DNA from: Dipteris shenzhenensis
Lineage: Eukaryota
NCBI GenBank assembly: GCA_047967505.1
Contig: CM106538.1
Reading direction: 5' to 3' (one strand)
DNA length: 64,000 bases
Shown here piece by piece: positions 37,480-50,200 of this stretch (position 1 is its first letter; the number at the start of each line of letters is the position of its first letter). The notes below the pieces were generated by a model. It saw only the letters and a list, made by a program, of their open reading frames with translations, had not been told where the DNA came from and did not search any database. A program made the translations under genes and the position numbers.

Positions 37480-40400
37480 CGTGGAGCAAGTAACTACTAA
37501 CTTGAAATTGAAGCTGAATCCTACTATTTTATCAATTGCTTAAGGAACCTTGCAGCTTGAAGAAGCCAATCCATTGCCACCTCAACCAAGAAGGAGACAA
37601 CCTGTTCCACCACCTGTCATCATGGCAAACCCAAATCCATTGGTGAAACCCGCAAAGTTTGAAGGGAAGAAAGGACAAGACCCGACAATCATGTAGGGTA
37701 GTTCGAGACCCGATGGATTGCGAGCGGTTTGCATGGACTAGCAGATGCAACAAAGGAGCAGCAGTTTGCAACCACAATGGAAGGGAGAGCAATGAGTTGG
37801 TTCATGTAGTATGGAATCAAGCCAGCAGCTAGGTACACAGATAATAAGTACATACATGTTGCTACTGATTATTGTACTAAGTGGGTTGAAGCAGTGGCTT
37901 TGAAAGTGTTGCAAATTTCTTGTATCATAATATCATGATAAGGTTTGGGATACCAATTGAAATAGTATCTGATAGGGGTACTCATTCTATCAATAAGGTC
38001 ATTGCAAAGATAAGCAAGACTCACATGATGTTGAATAAGAAGTCTACAGCATACTATCACTAGGAAATGGATAGACTGAAAGCTCTAATAAAATTATTAT
38101 GAAGATTTTCAGAAGGACAGTTGAGGATAATTCTAAGGAGTGGGGTCAGAAGTGAGATTCAGTTCTTTGGGCTTTTAGAATAGCTTTCAAGGTAACCACT
38201 AGTATGACTCCTTTCAGATTGATGTATGACATAGAGGCAGTTGTTACCAATGGAGTTTATTGTGGGGAGCTTGAAAATTGCTGTGGAACATAAATTCTCT
38301 ATTGAAGAATCCATAAATGTTATAATTCAATGATTGTTGAAGTTGGATGAGGATCGGATTATCTGTTCAAGTATTTTTGATATCACTCAGAGAAGAAGAC
38401 AAGCTTGGATTAATAGGAATATAAAATTCAAACCGTTCAAAAGAGGCGATTTGGTGCTGATGTATAATTACAAGCTTGGATCTCATCCAAGAAAATTGAT
38501 ATTGAGATATGATGGACCTTATAGAATTGTGGAAGTGCTCAGGCAGGGAACATTTCTAGTGAGTGATTTGCATGGTAATACTTCCCCTAAGTGAGTCAAT
38601 GGTTTTAGGCTTAAACCATATTTTGGCAATTATCCGACTCAACCAAGGCAGAAGGTGGTTGGAGACAAAGTATGTGAAAACACAAGCAGAGGTGCAATAA
38701 TGATTTGCATCTGTCAAGTGAAAAATAGAGGAATGATGAAGATCAAACTATAGTAAGATGTGACGTAAATGGTGCAGTTCTGGTAAGCTTCTGATGTCCG
38801 ATTGCAATTCGACTTACTTATTTGTCACTATGGAGGAATCTCAATTTTACTCTATTAATTTATATGGTTGATGTAGCAGTGTTATTGGAAAATTTTAAAA
38901 ATGACTGCAGGCTATACGCTTGTTGGTGCAGTCCGACTAGGATCTGACTTGGTGGAAGTCTAACTTTGTTTTGACCTGTTTGAGTTCTGACTAACTTGCG
39001 ATAAGCATGTTAGTGCAGTCTGACTAGGGTTTGTGACTTTGTGGAAGTCCAACTCTGTTCCGACCTGTTTGAGTTCTGACTGACTTCCGATAAGCAGATG
39101 GTCCAACTTTGGTCTATGATCTGACTTTTTTCTGACCTACAACTGGTCATCGCCGACTGGCGTTCGACTTGGATCCGACTTTGAAGGTAGTCCGACTTGT
39201 TTTCGACCAAGTTGCCAGGAATCATAGTCAGAGCAATAGCATGTTGCGAATCGTACAGCTACAAGGAGAGGTGATGTGTGGCATGAGCGAAGGAGGTGGA
39301 GATACGGTAAACTTATCCAAAGATATGATTCTCGTGAATTAAGGAGCCGACGGTGTGACACACTCATGATCACTGACGATAGGGGGATGCCAATATAGCA
39401 CAACAGGGCATGCATGCTGAAACTCGTGTGTGGACAATCTTCAAGTTCACTCAACTTGTTTGTGTTCAAGAGCTCGTAGTCACCAGTCATTCTGTGAGCT
39501 TTGCTAGCTTTATAAGCAGTAGCTTGATTCCCTTTTCGCATGCAAATTTCACTCACAACGATCTCAAATTGATGAGCGAAGTTGTTGAGGAAGAAGAGAG
39601 TATGGGGAAGAAATGAGCGCACCGGCCAACGTGAAAGAGTCTGTGAATTAAAGAGGTTGTCGAACCAAAGCCAGAGGTTACACCAATAGCTAAAGAGGAG
39701 GACAATTCTATTGAGGAGACTACTTCTCCGCCAACGAAGAAGCCATACGAACAAAGCTCATTCAAGAATTTTCGGATCTTGCTAGATTTGAAGCGACATG
39801 CGAAGTGGTTGCAGAAGGTCCACTTAATGGATTGTGCCAGTCTTGTCTTGAAACCTGGAAAGCACAACCTGAAGCGATCACACAATTGAAAAATTTCAAA
39901 GAACAGGAGGGATTTTGGCTCTAGGTATGTTGGTAAACTCGCGCATTATCTCTCATGTGTTTAATGTACCATTGCTTGAGGAAGAAATGTCTTATGACAA
40001 GGATGTAGAATCAGAATGCTCCATGAATTTGGGCAGCCAACAAGACAACAAAGAACTATTTTCTTATGTACAATGTTCAAGACTCTGTTAGGAGGCAGCA
40101 GCTGGAGTGGTACTTGGAGAGAGTTCAACTTTTTATCAAGACCAATACCATGTCGAGAGACAGCTACTCTATGTTGAGAGCGGGTGAGAATCAGTACAAG
40201 ATTTCGTAGGCAGACATAATTTACAAGTTGATGGGTGAAGTGGGTAAGAAACACTTGATCGGTACAAATAATCATTCAAAAGTCGGTCCATTTATCACAA
40301 CTCTGTTTGAGTTTAGCAAGAGCTCTTCCGTGATTCTAAAGGAGATGTAGAAACCAGATGTAAATTCCGAGCCCAGATGTAAATTCCGAGCCCAGATGTA

Positions 40401-42248
40401 GAAACCAAAACAAAGGGGAAACAAGATGTGAATATGCAAGATGTATCCAAAGATTGGGATACATGGAAAGCAGTGCAAGAATTGAAAGACCCAAATATAC
40501 TACTGAAGAAGCTCATAGGTTGATATTTGGGAAAAGTTTGGCACAGAGTTTAAGGGATTTACCAATTGGGGGTAGTGAGCTCTTAAAAAATATGTAGGAG
40601 ACACATAAGGAGAGGAAAATTAAACTTAATGTCAAGAAGATGGTTGCAACGAATCTCAAAGAGCAGTTTGACAGTAGTTTAACTTTGTTGTCTGAACCAG
40701 TATTGCAACAGAGCAAGGCACAAATGTCAGCTCCTAAAGCAGGTTTGTTGGGGAAGGTATCCCTGAAAGAGGTTGAATATGCTATGGGTATACTGAAGTC
40801 TTTTCATGACCAGCGAAGTGGAATGCAAGCAAACAATTCAGCATAGATTCAAGCATTGCAAAATGACAAGCAGGAGTTAAAGAAGAAGATTGATGCAAGC
40901 CAGCAGGAGGGAAAGCAAGTCATAGAATTGAAGCAATAGATAGTGAGACAACAAAATGAATTTGAGCAGCACAAATCTCAGAAAGAAGAAGAGATCCAAT
41001 AGCTAATTAATCAGTTGGTAATTCAAGAAGAATGCTTGCCAATAGTACACAAATTGCTCAATGAAATGAAGGATGCATTCTATACTCAGTTACAAGAACT
41101 TGCCAAGGATTATGTGCAGTTGCTGCAGGTTGACACAGTAATTGCCAAAGAGAGACTTAAGGCACTGGAGGGTATGGAGATTCAACTGAAAGCCATGACA
41201 AATGAAGTTAATGGTATCTTTATGATAGGGGTAGAACTAGAGGAACTTAAGATTCAACTGATAGAGACATCACAAGCTTTGTGGACCAGCCTGAAGGGTA
41301 GACTGATGGTGGTAGCTCAGTGACCATATGAGGCATTTGCCTTAAGTACCTACACAGTGGAGGTGGTTATGGCAAAAAATGCAAAGCTTAAAGCTCAGTT
41401 GAAGGAGGCTAAAGGAGAACACTCAAGCAAAGTCGAAGATGCTGCAGGTTTTGCAACTAACCAAAAATTTCAGATTTTTTCTACTGATGTGCAGGGTAGT
41501 AGTCGAAGGGAAGGTGAAGACATTGAGTTCGATGATGCAGATGCAGCTGCTATATATATTGCTAATAATGGAAGAACCTAATGAAGACATGGTGGAAAAT
41601 GAAGATAAGAAACAGCCTGAAGGTCAATATTTCAACATAGGGTAGCATAACACAATTTGTGGACCTGAGAAGACACTTGAAGACAAAGAAGGGGAATAAT
41701 CTGAGAAGAGTGCTACCGGTCAACTTGTTGGAGTGAGAGTTGGTGAAGACTTTGAGTTAACCACTGGAAGGGAGAGAATAGGAATTGATCTAAACTATTA
41801 CAAAGAATAGTGTATGTAAAGGGTTCGTGTCTTACGGCTTTTTGACAAATAAAAAATCCTAACCATCGGAAGTGCCAAGTGTTAGGGGTTAGCTAGGCAC
41901 CAATAACTAAGTCTAGTCCTAAGAAGTAGTCTTATCTTTCGGTTGTCATAGCGAGCGTGCAAAAACAATTGTTAAGTTACTTGCATGTAGCTTCTTGGTA
42001 CTCGTGTTAAGAGTCTCTGCAATCTGATGAGAATCTGACATTGGTTGGATTGCAATCATACTTTGTTATCCAGTTCTATGTTGATCTTCTGCTATGATAT
42101 GATGATGATGAATGCAAGTACTTTTTTATCTGTATTTGCTATTTCCAATGCGAAGTTGAATGATTATCCATTCCAACTTGTTTTTTATCTAATTTTAACT
42201 CTGTGTTTGAGTATCCGATGGGAAGTGTTTGTGTGATGCATAGTTCAC
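37480..42248 (+). mobile_element. Degenerate Gypsy element: gag start, internal deletion, integrase remnant, and an extra downstream coiled-coil ORF
   Basis: MANPNPLVKPAKFEGKKGQDP at 37622 is joined to [15 protein letters not shown] (~37860), then TPFRLMY and YDGPYRIVEV. A GTCCGACT-rich spacer spans 38770-39210 and a stop-interrupted E/K/Q-rich frame spans 39570-41810. The LTR is uncertain. Confidence 0.65.
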
Positions 42249-43072
42249 AAGTGCTCAAGGCATAACCACGTCGAACAAAAAGCAAAAATTCAAAATTTAA
42301 AAAAAATAACAATTTTAATTCTTAAATAAAATAAAATTTTAAATTTTTTAAAAATTTTGAGAATTTCAAACTTTAAATTCTTAAAGGAAATTATTTACAA
42401 ATTTAAAAAAACTGTGAGAAATTTAAATTTAAATTCTTATATATTTGAATTGAAAAGATATTCTCAAAATTTGTTATTTCATGTACTTCTAGACATTTGT
42501 CATTTCTATTATCTTCTCTTAGATCTTCTCGTACAACACTCTAGGGTGATCTTCTCTTGTACATTCTCACACACAAAGTCTTATTTTCTTTCTAGATATG
42601 ATTTCTATCCTTTTCTTTTCTTCCATTCCATCGTTTGATTCCTTCTATTATGTTCTTTCTCTCCATTATGTTTTCCCTCCTCTTTCCTTCTCTTCATTCC
42701 ATCGCACACCACTTGTTTTTCTTCTAGGTATGATTTTCATCTTTCTCTCCATTCCATTGCCTCTTGTCTCCCTCCTCTCTCTCCATTCCATCACCTCTTG
42801 TCTCCCTCATTTCTCTCCCCCCTATTTTGTCTTCTTCGACAATTCTTCTCTCCCTCCTTCCTCTCCATTATCTAAAGGAATGACTCTCCTCTCTCTCCCT
42901 GCTTTGTCTTCTTTCTTGAATAATTATTCTCTCCCTCCTCTCTCTCCCTTGTCTTTAGGAATGACTCTCCTCTCTCTCCCTTCTTTGTCTTCTTGCAACT
43001 TCTATTCTCTCCCTTCTCTCTCCTCTCTAAAATGACTCCTCTTCTATCCCTTCTCTTACTCTTCTAAAACGG

Positions 43073-43075
43073 AGT

Positions 43076-43137
<62 letters not shown>

Positions 43138-43140
43138 GCA
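43073..43140. repeat. (CT)n(CA)n microsatellite
   Basis: Directly visible. Confidence 0.95.
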
Positions 43141-44169
43141 TGCACACATGTGCACACACTTTCTAACACACAATAATTTAGTTCCCCTCCTCCCTTATGC
43201 ACTTCCTAATAATTTAGTTTCCCCCCTCACTTATGCACTACCTAATAATTTATTAAGTATTTTTTCTTTATTTACCCCCCCCCCCCCTCTTTTACTTTTT
43301 TTATGTTTGTTTTTATACAAGGTTCTATATATGGCTAATCCAGTTGTGGCATTATCCTCCCTGGGCCTACTTAAAGATCCCCTTTTTTTCCCCCCTTAAT
43401 ACTTATTTATGCTTCTTTGGAAGTTAATTAGTGTAATTCATTAATTTAACGCTCTAGAGAAAGCTCTTGCTTTGCGTTGATGTACGGCTACAAGCTCCCT
43501 TGCTCACATATTGCATACAACTTTAGCTTGGAAGGGAGCTCACATATTGCATACAACTTTAGCTTGGAGTAGTGCATTTTTTTTAAATTGGGTGCCATGC
43601 ACACTTTGGAGATAATGGAGTTACTCCTTCTGACATTAAAGCACTGTGATATATCGTCGCTAGATCCCAATGACTAAGCACATACTACAATTGATGCTAG
43701 CTACTACTAATGGGATTACATTACAGTTTTACAAGACTTACACACATAATAAATAATTGAAGAACTTCCTTCCTATTTTTTTCTTCTTCTTCTTCAGAGC
43801 CCTTTTCCCCCCCTCCTTATCCTCAACCCTTGTTTTCCATACACATTAGTATACTTTATTATTTTCCTTTTTTCTTTAGAAAAATTAGTTTTAATATCAA
43901 CCCCTCTTTTTCCCTTCCCCCACTACCTTGTCTTTGCACTTTTCTATCTCCTACTTATTTTGGTTATTAACTTTTTTAGTGTATTTATTTTCTCTCTTTT
44001 TTCCCCTTAACTAACTAAACCCAACCCCCTATTCTAACGAAACCCAACCCTCTTTTTTCTATTCAAGTAAACTCCCTCTTTTTTTCTTTAAATCATCATT
44101 CTTTATTGCATCGATTCCTTTTCTCTCTCTAGCCAAAACTGATCTCTCCCTAACCTACAAAAGTACTCA

Positions 44170-45410
44170 TAATTTGTCCCCCTCACTGCCCATGCATGAA
44201 TGGACTCTAGATTCTTGGTGGAGCGTTTCACCATGGTGGGCCTATTTCTTCCTTTTTAACCCTTCAAATTTTGCCTCACACTCCACCTCTTTAGTGTTGG
44301 TGCTACCCGCTTTCTTCCTGCTTTTCCTTGCCTCACGACTCCCACCTCATGACTTCTTACCTCATGTTTACTGCCCTTTGTAGCTACATGAAGACCATGT
44401 CCCATAGGTCAACTACTTTGGCAACCCCTCAAGTTGACTACTTCCTCCTTTTTGAAATTGGTGTGTCACCAACCTCTAGTACCTCCTCTTTTTCGACTCG
44501 CCTTTTAAATTAGCTAGTGTTCTTAAGACAATGTTTGGCGCTATAACCGAATCTTTCTTTTGCCTTCATGGAAGCTAGCAAGTTCTTGCTACTTATGGAT
44601 CTACTTCTCCTTCTTACAGTCAATGATTGTATCAACTTTCCACTCTGGTTGTCCGTCTTGTGGCCTTCGAGACTGTTCGTTGCCTCCCAAACCATTTGTA
44701 CATATCAATTCCTTCCTCAGGTGCTTCGCATGGTCCCTTCATTTAGGACTTACACTTCTTCACCAACCTGGTACCTATTGTTCTACACTTAGTTTATCCT
44801 TGTTTGTTGCTTCACCTTGGCTCTGATAATTCCTTCATGGTGGCTTCCCTAACCCCCTTGATGTCTTCATCACTACCTTATTGGCTCACGACTCTCCTTT
44901 ATTCCTCAGCAACTCCCTCTTCTTAGCTCTTCTTCTCGTGCTTATTCTCGGACTCCTTTTGGTATGCCTCACCTTCATGACTACCCAGGCTTCCTCTATC
45001 GCACAGGTACTCTGGCAGGTGGCTTCACTTACCTCCCTCTTTATCGTTTGGACCTCGCGTAGCTTAACTTCCTCGCCTTCCTTTCATCCGTGTTGCTTTC
45101 CCAATTTTAAGAAGTTCATGCCTTGCTTTGTTTTGTGGTCATTTTCCTAAACACTAATTTTTCTCTCTACATCTCCAAAGTGTGTTCTCTGCCTTCATCA
45201 TCTTTTTACACCTCCCTAGTCCCTACGTGATTACAACACTAGTCAAGACGGTTTTTTATGCTACTTTTGCTTGGCGGGTAGTATCTTCATGGAGTCGACA
45301 CTCTGCATGGAGTCTTCTTCCTACCTCTGGTGCGTTTTTTGGGTTTTGCATGCATTGGTCATGTTGCTAGAAACGCTCTTGATTAATCAACCTTAAGGTT
45401 GATTACCTTT
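44170..45410 (+). mobile_element. Highly decayed L1-like LINE 3' fragment
   Basis: Zinc-finger-like CPSCG and LWQVASLTSLFIVWTSRS (compare L1 W.IW..RN); pyrimidine-rich; no intact RT. Confidence 0.35.
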
Positions 45411-47122
45411 TATTGCTTATTTATTTATTATACCTTGATGAGTCTTTTATAGTTACTCACGGTTCTTTTTTAGTTAGTCACTTATTTTTCTCAACCACGT
45501 TTTTCCCCTTTCTAATTTTTTTCCCCTCTTGTGGGTGTAACTTTTCCTTTTGTCCTACGTATTCCCTTTTTTATTAACTTTTGATTTACATACATACATA
45601 TATATACAGACACACACATACACACACACACACACACACATATATATATTATAAAAGCTTTTTTTACAAATTTTTCACTTTGATTATTCATGTATTTTCT
45701 TTTTTCTATTACTTATTGTTCCATTTTTAAGTCCCCTTATGACTGGCCCCCTTATTCCCCTAAAACTATATAGCCCTCTATAAAATTCTATTATCCCTAC
45801 TTGTGTTTATAATTGACCCAACTTTAGTTCAATGCTTATATATATATGTTTAGTTATTTATATACATAGTTATCAACATTTAGTGGTCTCTTGCTCTTTT
45901 ATTGTGAGAATTTATTTTCCCTTATAAATTTACTATTTGTGTATAAAATGTCTCTTTATGAATAAATTTATTCATTTTCTAGATTAATTAGTTCACTATG
46001 TTATCTTCCCTTGCATTCAAATATAGCTAGATTTGTTGCATTCATGTTTTGCATGTAATTCGAGCATTTTTTTATACACACTCACACCCATAATTCACAT
46101 ATATATACCCTCTTTTTTATGTAATTTATTTCCTTTGATGAGTGATAATAAATATTCCATTTTATTTATTATTATTTTTGCATTATGGGTGCGGACTACC
46201 CCCCTATTTACAAATATTTTTCTTTCATTTATAAGGGTGTGGAGTACCCCCCTTTTGTATTTCTTTTTTAAAAAGAATCTAATTATCTCTTGTATGGATG
46301 TGGGATCCTCCCTTGATAATTTTAATTTTTTATGCCCTTTCTTGTTTAATCATTGTAGAATCTTGATAGGTGTCTTGTTCTTTGGTATAAGCGATAACAA
46401 GCTGGGGTTTATAGGCATTACCCTAAAAAACTATGATGTTCTAACACATTGTTTTGTCTTGATGGTGGTAGGTAAGTGGACCTTGACCTCTGAGTTGGTC
46501 GCGGGCAACATGACTACCCCCCACTATATCTCACCTCGCACCTCACCTCCTTCCACTCTCATTGCACTACCCGTGGTAGCACTTGTGGGTAGCCAACTTG
46601 TCCCTCACCTACCCCCCCTCTCACACCTCACCGCCATTGTCCCCTCTCAATGCATAGCCTCCCGTGGCAATGGCCATGGGCATCCCCCCTCCCTTCTTGC
46701 ATGTCACCTCCCTCACTGCTCTATTATGGTAGCGGGCCACGGGTAGCCAGATTGTCCCCAACACAGCACCTCATCTCTCTTGCACCTCATGTCCCTCTCC
46801 TCTCATTGTGCTAGCGACAATAGCTACGACCATCCATCCCCTCCCCCATTGCACCTCACCTCCCTCCCCTCTCATCTGCTACTACAGGCAGCCCACCCCC
46901 CCATTGCACCTCACTTTCCTCACCTCCCTCCCCTCTCAATCACTATCATGGTAGCAACCACAGGTAGCCCCCTTCCCACCCCACTACAATGTCGCTTATA
47001 TAGTCCCCCCCCCCCCCCCCCGCCCTCCCCAACCCACCCTAGGAGTTGTCACTTCCCTACCTCTCCCTACTTCTCTCTTTACCTTTCTCTCTCTACCCTC
47101 ATCTCTTTACCTTCCTCTCTCT

Positions 47123-47172
<50 letters not shown>

Positions 47173-47247
47173 CCCTTCCTCACTCTCCCCTCACTACTTG
47201 AAAGTGAGGGGAAATTGGAAGTAAAATAAAAAAATTTATTTTGACAA

Positions 47248-50200
47248 AGTTAGATATCAATGCTCCACTCTCGTGTAACTACACGGGAACCATTTAACTC
47301 TACTTGTAAGCCCCTTATATGAGGAGAAGGCATTTGAGTAGCTCGGTTATCTGGTAGGTCCTGGTTTGGACACCAAATGGGGGCCATGTATGGCCTGATG
47401 GCTATACAGCTTCAGATAGAGTTGGCACACTACCAACTAGGCTACATGCAAGTGCGGGAAGGTATCCCATGACTAACCGCACTAAGGGTAGATGGAGCAT
47501 TTTTTGGGGCAGCCCACTCTCGGGTTGTAGGGCTCGTTTGGAGCCTCAAATGATTCTAGATGGCCGAGCTCTGGGCCGAACGGAAACCGTACATTAGTTG
47601 CTCTATTTTGCGCCACGGTTCTATCGTGTGGTCGGTGTCCTATTTCAGGACTGAGACCGTTTGAATTGGACTGGGTCAGTCACCCAATTGGGTCTAACCG
47701 ACTACGATTGGTGGCTTTATAAGAGCAAGCCCGTGAAGCCCATTTTATCACTGGCTACAGCAATCCTGATTCCTTAGCATCCAGCCTCTATCCTCTACTA
47801 TTTCCAGATCGCCATCGAAGCTTCTCTCACAGGAGCGCACGGCTGTGGAAGGTAGCGCCATCTTTTGTATCAGTTTTACTGTAATCAAATTTTTGATTCT
47901 CCATACCATCTGCTTTTCTCTCTTGCATACGAGATCCTGTTATTTGTTGAGCACAGACATTGCATTGTTTTCTTACATGGTATCAGAGCTTGGGCTCTAG
48001 CAAGAAGATTTGGTAGTGTGTTTCTGTTTGCGAGCAGATTGTGAGAGATGCCCAGCCTGCAAGACTGCGAATCCCATCGTTCGACGAAAGTGAAAAGTTG
48101 GACGGCACTGACTATCCACTCTGGAAGTTCAAGATGAAGACCATCTTAAGTGCATACGAGTTTTGGGATACTGCTACTGCGGTGGACGTGAAGCCGATTG
48201 TGAGACCGGCGGATCCAAGCCAATGCAGGACAACAGATAGTGCCAACTGCGGATAAGATTCTCGCATGGACAAGAAGAAATGCAGATGCACTGTGTTCTA
48301 TTGTCTGCAGTGTAAGTGACTCTGTCATGGTGTTAATTCAACATGTCACCACAACGGAGGAGGCATGGACGGTCTTGAAAAATTAGTACGAGACCACGAA
48401 TCAGACACAGATTCAAAATTTGGAGACTCAACTCACGAACGAGAAATTGTCTGAGTCTAAAGTGGTAGAGAAGCTCATCACCAGGGTGAAGAATCTGCGC
48501 GATTAGATGATTGCGATTGGCATCACCATCACTAGCGAGAATTTAGCATGAAGGTGCATACGGATTCTCCCACCAAAGTACGATGATCTTATTACGGCGT
48601 TGAATACGCAGAACAGAAATCTACCCCTCAACTTTGAGGATTTCAGTGCAATGCTTCTAGAAGAGGAGATGCGTCAAAAGACAAGGACTTGAGAAGATTC
48701 GGCTTTCTCAGCGATCAAAGAAAGGTAAGGGTAAGGACTCTAGTAACCCATCTTCTTCTGATGATAAAAAGAGAAAGAAGAAGATCAAGTGCTTCTATTG
48801 CAACAAGGTAGGGCACAAGCAGAATGAGTGCCGAAAGAAGATTGCAGATGAGAAGAACGGAGTAAAGAAAGAGTCCCAGCAACAGCGCGCAGGCAGTACC
48901 AGTAGAGCTGTTTATAACAATTGAGGAGATTTGCATGGAGCCAGTTCATGTACATACTTGCAGATGAACCTTGGATTATTAACAGTGGTGCATCGTGCCA
49001 CATGACCAGTCGGAAGGATTGGTATACCTCTCTACATCCGGTAGGGAATGACATCCTGGTAGCAGTCGGCAATGATGCAAAATGTCCAGCAAAAGGAAAA
49101 GGTACGATTGCTCTCAAGTCAGATGGAGCTGTAAAACAGTTGTCCAATGTTCTTTATGTGCCAGATATCAAGAGGAACTTGTTGTCTATTTCTGTGATCA
49201 CAGATCGGAACCTCAAAGTTCAATTCGATAAGAATGGTGCACAAATTTTGGATCTTCAAGGGAAGGTCATTGGTAAAGGTACACGGTGCAACATCTATGA
49301 ACTCTCAGCTTTAAGTGCTCGAGCCGATGTGAAGAACACTAAGCTGTGGCATGAGAGGTTTGGTCATCTAAACCTTAGTTCTTTAAAGGAGATGCATAAA
49401 AGTGGAATGATTGCAGACCTACCAGAAATTACAGATCTGGCCGATATATGTGAAGCTTGCATGATGGGCAAGCAGCATCGGCAGTCCTTTCCTAAAGAGG
49501 CCGGCAAGGCAAAGGCTCCTGTAGAGATCGTTCACATGGACCTCTGCGGAAAGATGGAGATGGAAGCTTTGGGTGGTTCCTACTACTTCATGACGCTAAT
49601 CGACGACTACAGTAGAAGGATATGGATATACTTCCTGAAGACTAAAGATGAGGCTTTTAGTAAGTTCAAAGAATAGCATGTAATGGTTGAGAAAGAAACG
49701 GGGAGGAAGGTGAAGAAGTTGAGATCAGACAGAGGTGGAGAGTTCACATCAAGTGAATTCGAAAGTTACTACAAAAGTCACGAGATTAAGAGGCAGAAAC
49801 CCCCACCACATACATCACAGCAAAATGGAGTAGCAGAGCGCAAGATGCGTGTCATCTGCAAAATGGGTAGGAGTATGATGAAAGGGAAAGATTTGCCAAA
49901 GACTTTCTAGGCTGAAGCATGTAACACGACAGTTTACATTCTGAATCATAGTTACACGAAGGCTGTGAACGGGATGACTCCACTGCAGGCCTTTTCTAGT
50001 AAGAAACCTTTAGTTACACATTTCAGAGTTTTTGGATGTGATTGTTTTGTGCATGTCCCTGATGCTAACAGCGCCAAATGGGAACCGAAAAGCCAGAAGT
50101 GTATTTTCTTGGGCTATAGTGAAGAGGCGAAGGGTTACTATCTCTATAATCCCGTTACCACAAAGGTAATAGTAAGTCGCGATGTGGTCTTCTCAGAATA

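Noticed and set aside
38770-39210. CRISPR-like array of GTCCGACT repeats
   Set aside because: The repeats are short, irregular and degenerate, in a eukaryotic retroelement context with no cas genes.
46033-47229. 237-aa and 149-aa ORFs
   Set aside because: Low-complexity T-rich and C-rich DNA with few possible stops; no domain signal.
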